The position numbers were made by a program, and so were the translations under genes. The notes beneath the pieces are model-generated. The model was not told where the DNA came from, did not search any database, and saw nothing but the letters and a program-made list of their open reading frames with translations. Source: Octopus bimaculoides (lineage: Eukaryota). Taken from it: a stretch of 42,977 nt of DNA. Positions 34,763 through 42,977 of this stretch are shown piece after piece (within the stretch, counting starts at the first letter, position 1; each line of letters opens with the position of its first letter). The stretch covers positions 27,918,958-27,961,934 of the forward strand of contig NC_069000.1 in assembly GCF_001194135.2 (NCBI RefSeq), given 5' to 3'.

Positions 34763-35578
34763 NNNNNNNNNNNNNNNNNNNNNNNNNNNNNNNNNNNNNN
34801 NNNNNNNNNNNNNNNNNNNNNNNNNNNNNNNNNNNNNNNNNNNNNNNNNNNNNNNNNNNNNNNNNNNNNNNNNNNNNNNNNNNNNNNNNNNNNNNNNNNN
34901 NNNNNNNNNNNNNNNNNNNNNNNNNNNNNNNNNNNNNNNNNNNNNNNNNNNNNNNNNNNNNNNNNNNNNNNNNNNNNNNNNNNNNNNNNNNNNNNNNNNN
35001 NNNNNNNNNNNNNNNNNNNNNNNNNNNNNNNNNNNNNNNNNNNNNNNNNNNNNNNNNNNNNNNNNNNNNNNNNNNNNNNNNNNNNNNNNNNNNNNNNNNN
35101 NNNNNNNNNNNNNNNNNNNNNNNNNNNNNNNNNNNNNNNNNNNNNNNNNNNNNNNNNNNNNNNNNNNNNNNNNNNNNNNNNNNNNNNNNNNNNNNNNNNN
35201 NNNNNNNNNNNNNNNNNNNNNNNNNNNNNNNNNNNNNNNNNNNNNNNNNNNNNNNNNNNNNNNNNNNNNNNNNNNNNNNNNNNNNNNNNNNNNNNNNNNN
35301 NNNNNNNNNNNNNNNNNNNNNNNNNNNNNNNNNNNNNNNNNNNNNNNNNNNNNNNNNNNNNNNNNNNNNNNNNNNNNNNNNNNNNNNNNNNNNNNNNNNN
35401 NNNNNNNNNNNNNNNNNNNNNNNNNNNNNNNNNNNNNNNNNNNNNNNNNNNNNNNNNNNNNNNNNNNNNNNNNNNNNNNNNNNNNNNNNNNNNNNNNNNN
35501 NNNNNNNNNNNNNNNNNNNNNNNNNNNNNNNNNNNNNNNNNNNNNNNNNNNNNNNNNNNNNNNNNNNNNNCCACCACC

Positions 35579-35609
<31 letters not shown>

Positions 35610-36073
35610 TGTCCTATGTTATTGTTGATGAATATACTTAATGAATCTCTTTAACAATATAGGTTATAAAGCAGCCTACAACTAGACATTTTCAATTTGA
35701 ATGCTAAAAGTTTAAAGTATGGCATTATATTAATTGAATGAAATAAAAAAAATGAAATAACAAATAAAAAGATAATTAAAATTTAATGAAATACAGTTAT
35801 CTTACATCAGAAACTAATACAACAGACTCATCAATAAATCCTGTAAAACCTTCCTTCTGCAAACTATTTATTTATCATGAATTTTTATTCAAAATCTCTG
35901 TTTAAAATGCTTTTTCATTGCAATCATATTCTTAATCTTGGTCCTCATTCTTCATAAAACAATTATATACATTCCATTGTCCTGTTATGCAGTTAAGGTA
36001 AAAACTTATGATCAATAGAATTCTGTCACTGACTTTCAATGTTTTATCCTTTTGTTCTTTTTTTCTTTTTTAG

Positions 36074-36113
36074 ATATAATATATGTAGACTACATTATCC
36101 AATTAAGATGATA
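36074..36113 (+). CDS. Candidate 40-nt host exon (unidentified)
   Basis: Branch-like cactgac ~40 nt upstream, >25-nt polypyrimidine tract, TAG acceptor, ata|GTGAGT donor. Only one frame is open: YNICRLHYPIKMI. Confidence 0.4.
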
Positions 36114-36184
36114 GTGAGTGACTCGAAAATTTGGTTTATATTTATAGTAGACTGAATGATCATTTATAGGCTGTCTGCTATTTA

Positions 36185-36913
36185 CAGGGTCTGCCATAAG
36201 AAACTATATATTTTCTTTTGCTTGTAACCTTGTTGATACTTATTCAATTTTTCTATTTCATATGTCATTTGAAAACTGAAATCTTATATTTTTATTTCTT
36301 TTTTTTTCCCCCTATTTCAGATATACTGTTATATCGATTGTATCCACCCGATTAACAAAAGAACAAAAGATTGCGGTTTTGAAATGATTCTGCACAATGT
36401 AACCTGGCTATGTTACAGAAGCTGGTTTTGCCGTTATTACAAGAGCAGGATGGAGCAGAGGGTCTGTACTTTCAGCAGGATGGGGCACTAGCCCATTATG
36501 CTACGCTTGTGCAAGACTGGCTGGACACCAACCTGCCCTGTCGATGGATTGGCAGGCGAGGACCGCTTGAGTGGCCGTCTCATTCGCCGGATTTGACCCC
36601 ACCCAACTTTTTCCTGTGGGGCGTTCTCAAAGAGAATCTACTCAACAAAGCCCCGCAACATTGCTGAACTTAAGGAACAAATTCGAGCTGCCATTGCAGC
36701 TGTGCGCCAAAGTATGCCACTCCGTCCCTGAAAGATTAGCAAAGTGCATTGAGCTCCACGGAGAGCACACAGAGCTTTAATAAACATCACGTTTTATGTT
36801 GCAACAAACTTTAGTGTACCCTGTGTTACTTTCTGTATTGTAGTAGCTTATTTCTTCTATGTTACATTTATCATGTTGAAATAAAAATATATAGTTACTT
36901 TTGGCGGACCCTG
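36185..36913 (+). mobile_element. Tc1/mariner DD41D (rosa) internal-deletion derivative
   Basis: TA|cagggtctgccataagaaactata ... tatagttacttttggcggaccctg|TA TIRs. FQQDGALAHY..RWIGRRG..WPSHSPDLTPPNFFLWG with 41 residues between the second D and the third position (now N). Confidence 0.9.
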
Positions 36914-37401
36914 TATATAATGTAGAACATATTCCGGTATTGTATATTTAATTGCAACTGTTGTTGTTATGTGTCATCTAGTTTTAATTAAATAGATTAT
37001 CCAATGTCTCCTCTTTCAAAGAATTTTGAGTGAGATATGAAGAAAATATGGCTGCTTAGCAAGTTTTGAATTGGTGGGGAAAATTTGATTACAGATTAAC
37101 AGATGTAAATTAGCTAATCTTTATTAGGGGAATAATACTATGGTTCCTCATGTCAAATTAAATTATTTCTCTGTTTAACATTCCAAAGATGGATGACATT
37201 CCTCACCATTATAGTTCACAGTATCAATAGAGCGCTTCATTTTCTGAACTATAGACCTGTTAACAAATTGCAGAATATCATTACAAGTACATGAAATGTT
37301 AAGAAATGCATAAATACATACACTCACACACATGATATATGATATATGTGTATGTATGTATGTATGTATGTATGTATGTGTATAACAACAACAACAACAA
37401 C

Positions 37402-37445
<44 letters not shown>

Positions 37446-37447
<2 letters not shown>

Positions 37448-37973
37448 GCCCTGATGCAGTACCAGGCAGTGGCTCTCTTCTGATCTTAACTGATTGGAAG
37501 TGTTTTCATGTACATTGTTTTGTCTTAAAATGGGCTACAGCAAATATTTTGCTCAATACCACAGATTTCCTTGTCAGTTGTTTGACTTTCACTAGTTGAG
37601 CATATCCCTTAGTGGCTGACGACATGTGCATCCCTGATCATGAGCAGAAGTAGTGGGGGAACATCATAGCTATGTGCTGAGAGGAAGTCTTTGGGGTTTG
37701 AATAATTCACCTTTGGAAACATGAGTGTTCATCATCCTTAAACAGGAGTTCTTGAGCAGGATAGGTCACTCAACCTGAGGAAAACTCTAACTGGGTCCCA
37801 CCTGCAACGTCATGCACTGTTTATCTTGATATAAGATCACCATGTTGTACACATATGGTTGTGATGCATGTGCCTCACATACCCTTATCAGACGGGTGCT
37901 TATGATTAGTTTATTGGGTTTCGTATATTTATACCCCAGTGTCACTTTGATGGCATGTGCTGCTCTTTCACTC

Positions 37974-38007
<34 letters not shown>

Positions 38008-38086
38008 GGTAGTCATGATGGGTATATTGGGTTTCATATATTTGTACCCCAGTGTCACTTTGATAGCATGTGCTACTCTCTCACTC
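37446..38086. repeat. Unclassified interspersed repeat embedded in (AAT)n, with partial tandem copy 38018-38086
   Basis: ~530-bp moderate-GC block flanked by (AAT)n on both sides. Its last ~70 bp (ggtttc..taccccagtgtcactttgat.gcatgtgct.ctct.tcactc) is repeated after another (AAT)n. Confidence 0.7.
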
Positions 38087-38171
38087 AATAATAATAATAA
38101 TAATAATAATAATAATTTAAATGTGGGAAAGGACTTGATCCTTGCTTTTCAAACTGTATATTACTACATAG

Positions 38172-38237
38172 GTGCAACATTGTACTATTTCAAGGCTCAA
38201 CATCAGAATCATTTACTTGAGTTTAGAACTTATATAA
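38172..38237 (+). CDS. Candidate 66-nt (or 43-nt from 38195) host exon (unidentified)
   Basis: catAG acceptor and aa|GTAAGG donor; phase 1-1 open frame GATLYYFKAQHQNHLLEFRTYI. Confidence 0.25.
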   Translation: MQHCTISRLNIRIIYLSLELI

Positions 38238-38356
38238 GTAAGGCTAACTAGACATCACTATCCAAGTTAATTTGGAGTCTTAAACAGCAACATAAAGACT
38301 TTTAGAAATAATACATTTCTAAATCTCTCAGAGAGATTTATGCAGTAGTGATACAA

Positions 38357-38659
38357 TGAAGTAGTTGTATGCTGTCAACTTAATGTGACAGTCCCCTGAA
38401 GGGAATAATACTGCTGTTGGTTAGACCTAGGAAGCTGCAAATTTGAAATCAGTGAATGATGACGAGCAAAGACTCAGAAACATGTCTCTGGATGCAGACT
38501 TAGCTGGGTGGAGGTGCTTGTCTCCCCCTTGTAAACATAAGGACACAGGAAATGTGTCAAGGCCGACAGGAAGCGGTGCAGCTTCCTAGGTCTAACCAAC
38601 AGCAGTATTATTCCCTTCAGGGGACTGTCACATTAAGTTGACAGCATACAACTACTTCA
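38357..38659. repeat. Perfect 83-bp inverted repeat with 137-bp spacer carrying a hammerhead-like motif
   Basis: 38357-38439 is the exact reverse complement of 38577-38659. The spacer has tgatga-c-gag-caaaga-ctc-a-gaaac-at-gtc. Confidence 0.9.
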
Positions 38660-39310
38660 ACATANNNNNNNNNNNNNNNNNNNNNNNNNNNNNNNNNNNN
38701 NNNNNNNNNNNNNNNNNNNNNNNNNNNNNNNNNNNNNNNNNNNNNNNNNNNNNNNNNNNNNNNNNNNNNNNNNNNNNNATGATGACGAGCAAAGACTCAG
38801 AAACATGTCTCTGGATGCAGACTTAGCTGGGTGGAGGTGCTTGTCTCCCCCTTGTAAACATAAGGACACAGGAAATGTGTCAAGGCCGACAGGAAGCGGT
38901 GCAGCTTCCTAGGTCTAACCAACAGCAGTATTATTCCCTTCAGGGGACTGTCACATTAAGTTGACAGCATACAACTACTTCAACATAAAGACTCCTTAAT
39001 CATTTGATCTTTAGTGCAAATGCTTTATACTGGAGGTGGCAGTTTTTGCAGATTATGCAATAATGAGGTGCCAACTATTTTGTACTGCAAAGATAACTTG
39101 ATAAACAGATTTGATGAAATCATAGTGAGGTACTTGCATCTTATAAAGTGAACATACTTTTTGATCAATAGGATTAGCTCTTTGGCCAGTTGTGGGGATT
39201 TAGTTTTGATTGGATTTTCTTTCTCTTCAGACTTTCACTGTATTTTATGTTATACTTTATATTTTATTTTGTGTTTGTATCTGGTTTGCAAGATTTTTTA
39301 ATGTGAATTC

Positions 39311-39807
39311 GTGTGTTTCTAGGGAGAGTCATTATGCCAATATAATTAACACACTCACTGGTTCAGTTTCACTCCTTTATTAGTCAATTGGTTAACTATC
39401 CAACTAAATAATTGTTTAATTTGTTTTGGGGAACTGTAATATGAGGAACAAAGTGTAATTCACCTACCTCCCAGTGTCGACTGTCCAGCTGGGTTAAATC
39501 CAAGACATGCCCTACTCATCTGATCTATCACTAGAACCTATGGCTAATTCCCTTTCTAGCTCCAACATCTACACGTGTCTGTCCACTCCCACTACTTAAG
39601 ACCAAAGAGGCCCATGCTGGTCCTACTTCTGCCCACTTCCTCACTCACTCTTCCTCTTATGGTAGAGCCCCTCACTGACCCTTTCCTTCTGGTTCTCTTC
39701 ATCCCCACATTTGTCAAAGCACTTCTGTTGCTACTTGCAATCTTTTCAATGACTATTGATTTAGTCCATTATAGAAGCCGCGCTTGTCCGTTTGAGATTT
39801 TGTTGCA

Positions 39808-39849
<42 letters not shown>

Positions 39850-40150
39850 CATGCCAGCATGCATGTGTGCTTGTGTATGTATGTTTGTATTCTGCATATT
39901 CACGTGTTTGTGTGTGCATGCTTGTGTTTGTGTATGTATGTGTGTGTGTGTGTGTTTGTGTCTATGTGTATGAGTTTGTGTATGTACATGTGCCTGTTGT
40001 ATATGCTTGTGTGCCTATATGTGTCTGTGTGTGTATGTGTGTGGAGTGTATGTGTATATATATGGTCATGCATTTCTGTCTACGTATGCATGTGTGTGTG
40101 TGTGCTTGTCTATCTGTATTACCTATGTACCTACATACCTATGTATGTAC

Positions 40151-40200
<50 letters not shown>

Positions 40201-40627
40201 ATCTATCTGTATATATATCTGTCTACCTACTTATTTACCTATTTATCTACCTACTTACATACCTATCTGTCTACTTGCCTACTTATCTACCTATTAGCTT
40301 GCTTATCTTCCCACCTATCTACCTATCTACATAATTAAATAAGTAACTAACAATCTATATAACTGACCTAACCACCTAAAATCTATCTACTAAATCTATC
40401 TACCTCTTTGACTGCCTACCTAGGAATGTACCTTTGTATGTATACACTGTGGGTAGTATCTGTGACATTGGTGTATCCCTATCTTCTATGTGTATTTCTT
40501 ATTTAGTACAAATTAAACAATTGATTAATTAGTTGGATATTTAACAAATTGGCTAATAATAAAGGAGTGGAATTGAACCAGTGCATGTGTTAATTATACT
40601 GGTATAATGACTCTCCTTAGACACAAC
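39311..40627. repeat. Inverted pair of ~115-bp repeats (39311-39424 / 40508-40627)
   Basis: ggagagtcattatgccaatataattaacaca..ctggttca..tcactcctttatt matches the reverse complement of aataaaggagtggaattgaaccagtg..gttaattatactggtataatgactctcc. Confidence 0.8.
39460..39790 (+). mobile_element. Possible decayed CR1/L2-type LINE 3' end
   Basis: FIPTFVKALL..IFSMTIDL..YRSR loosely resembles the FxPRTxxLWNxLP..F..YDL..FK.R terminus. Confidence 0.3.
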
Positions 40628-41328
40628 AAAATTTATATGTATATTTGTATGTATATGCATGTATCAACATGCATATACATGTGTGTGTATGTATTTATGT
40701 GTATATAAGTATATTTATATTGATACATATATGGGGGTGCATATTTATTTATGTGTATGTAAGTATATCTATACATGGGTGTGTGGTTTAAAATATGTAT
40801 GTACACATATGTTAGTGCATGTGTGTTTAGATGGCTATTCCTTCTTTGCTGAGTGTATGTATTAGTATATATGTTTCTAAGTCTGTAAAGGTATATATAT
40901 ACAAGCATATGTACTTTTGTAAACAGTTATGGACTATTATTTTTACTTTGTATATATTATGTAGGTATATATATGTATTCATATTATTGTTTATATGAAT
41001 ACTTGTGTGTGTACCAAAGTGAATGCTGTCTTTATGTATACATGTGTATGTACATATCTGTTTGGTTGCTTGTATATTGTTATATGTAAATGTATTTTGA
41101 TGTAGGTATGAATATTTATATATGTATATATATATATATATATGTTTTATATGTATGAGTATTTATGTATACTCATGTGTTTATATTTATTTGATAAGTT
41201 ATAGACAGCAAAAATTACATTTATGTGTATATGTGTGTATAAATGTGTGTGTGTGTATTTATTTATATATTTATATATATGTAAGTTTGTACATGAACGA
41301 GTAACTGACTGTGAGTTTATGTATATAT
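39800..41328. repeat. Degenerate (GT)n/(CT)n/(CTAT)n/(AT)n microsatellite field
   Basis: Read directly; accounts for the many low-complexity ORFs in the track. Confidence 0.9.
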
Positions 41329-42838
41329 CATCATCATTTAACCTCTGTTTTCCATGCTGGCATGGATTAGACAGTTTGATATGGAGCTGACCAGATTCCA
41401 ATTCTCTGTTGTGGCAGAGTTTCTATGGCCGGATGCCCTTCCTAATGTCAACCACTTAGTATGTGCTGGGTGCTTTTTACAGCATGGGTGTGTTTACACA
41501 ACATCAGCACAAGTGCATTTATGCAGTACCAGCATGGGTGCTTTTTATGTGACACCAGTACCTGAAAGGACAAGCCTGTATGTGTGGAAGACAGCGATTT
41601 TACTTAGCTTGACATGTCTTCAAGTACATCAAATCGCCACATCTTCCAGTCCCTTGTCATTTTCTCAGCGAGGCCCAGTGTCCAAAGATCCTTTTTCACT
41701 ACTTCATCTCATGTCTTTCTGGATCTACCTCTTTTACAGGTTTCCTCTACAATTAGAGCTTGGCACCCATTTATGTAGCTGTCCTCATCCATACACATCT
41801 GCATTTCACCCTTAGTTACCAACAAAGGTAGCAACTCTCTGAACTTTTCCCAGCTCGTTCTTATTCTAGTAACTACACTTTCAGAACTTCCTCCACCACT
41901 GCTACCTTGGTTGCCTAGATAACAGAAGCTATCTACTATTTCTAATGATCCCCCCAAGCATTTGAGAGAGTCTATTGTCTGTGCTTTTTTAGTGCTTAGT
42001 ACACTTACATATCTGCCACACACAGACTATATTCTCCGTTACCCTTCCTGCGATACCACAACACCTCTTATGTGTCCAAAACTTGCACTGAGTACAATGT
42101 ATGGAGTTTCTACCAAAATCCTTCTTACATATCACACAGGACCATCTCCCAGAAGGGACTTGTGATTTGTCTGTTTTCCTACTTACTAGGACTTTGGTTT
42201 TTGCTAAATTAACTCTAAGGCCTTAAATTCTAGGCCTTACTTCCACACCTGAAATTTCTTTTCTAGGTCAGGTAGTGATTCAGCTATAAGACAAGATCAT
42301 CAGTGTAGAGGAGCTCCCAAGGATAGCAGGTCTTGAATTTCTCTGTTAAGGCCTGGAAGACTAAGATAAATGGGGATGGGGATTGCTGAGAACTGATCCT
42401 TGGTGAACTCCTACCTGTACACTGAATTCATTGCTATACTTATTGCCAACCTTCACCTTACTGGCAGCATCCTGTACATGGCTTGTACAGCTCTCACTAA
42501 CCACTTATCTATCCCTAGCTTCTGTATTGACCACCAAATAAAGGAGCTGGGGACCCAGTCAAAGGCTTTCTCCATGTTGACAAAAGCCAGGTACAGAGGT
42601 TTATTTTGGGCTAAATACTTCTGCTGTTGTTTAATCAAGAATATAGTATCAGTCATGCTCCTACTCGGCACAATTCCAAACTGCATCTCATCTACGCTAA
42701 CTCTCTTCCTACTTAATTGAGAAATGGTCATCACTTGGTCGAGCAATTTGATGCCTCTGTAATATACCTGTCTTCTAGCCTCCTTTCTGGCTATCTGATA
42801 CAGTTTCCTGCTACCACCACACTTCCAATCCTTCCAAT

Positions 42839-42840
<2 letters not shown>
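41329..42840 (-). mobile_element. RTE-clade LINE fragment with internal deletions
   Basis: DEMQFGIVPSRSMTDTIF..LYLAFVNMEKAFDWVP, PHD remnant, IVDSFCYLG..WEKFRELLPLL, and the shared 3' tail ccatgctggcatgg..(cat)n. Confidence 0.9.
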
Positions 42841-42884
<44 letters not shown>

Positions 42885-42977
42885 TTAGGGAAAATAACCA
42901 AGTTTCAAGAACTCATCGATGAAAATCCACTATCACATATAGAAAAATTAATAATTAAAAGCACAATAAATGAGTAT

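Noticed and set aside
36290-36400. Strong acceptor site at 36320
   Set aside because: Lies inside the rosa transposon 5' region, so it is not evidence of a host exon.
37446-37700. Faint resemblance to U1/U2 snRNA segments
   Set aside because: Only short words match; no full structure or Sm site arrangement.
38779-38987. Apparent exact 209-bp tandem duplication of 38456-38664
   Set aside because: An identical copy on the other side of a short N gap is the signature of overlapping contig ends left unmerged, likely because of the hairpin. Treated as an assembly artefact.
39575-41401. Multiple Val/Cys/Tyr/Ile-rich ORFs
   Set aside because: Products of (GT)n, (AT)n and (CTAT)n degenerate repeats.
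1-42977. CRISPR arrays, rRNA, intact tRNA genes
   Set aside because: None seen; tRNA-like boxes are all SINE heads, and no repeat-spacer array is present.

Overview
AT-rich animal genomic DNA with about 6 kb in N gaps, made almost entirely of transposable elements and microsatellites. The SINE/RTE/Dong repertoire and (AT)n/(GT)n/(AAT)n density point to an octopod cephalopod (inference from remembered repeat families, not a search). Recognisable elements: an intact Ty3/Gypsy protease-RT ORF and probable LTR at the left edge; five to six fragments of an RTE LINE whose ORF carries a PHD finger; a 5'-complete, 3'-missing Tx1/L1 LINE; an R4/Dong LINE; two Penelope-like elements; a Chapaev3-type transposon split by an RTE; a DD41D (rosa) Tc1/mariner derivative; several tRNA-derived SINEs. 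No host gene is identified, only a few short splice-signal-defined exon candidates. The least explained structures are (i) a 3.1-kb nested foldback element (9849-12941) with modular inverted arms, a 15-bp target duplication and a canonical intron in its spacer, (ii) a perfect 83-bp inverted repeat around a hammerhead-like motif (38357-38659), and (iii) a Penelope 5' foldback whose inner 55 bp are perfect while the outer 56 bp are 14% diverged.
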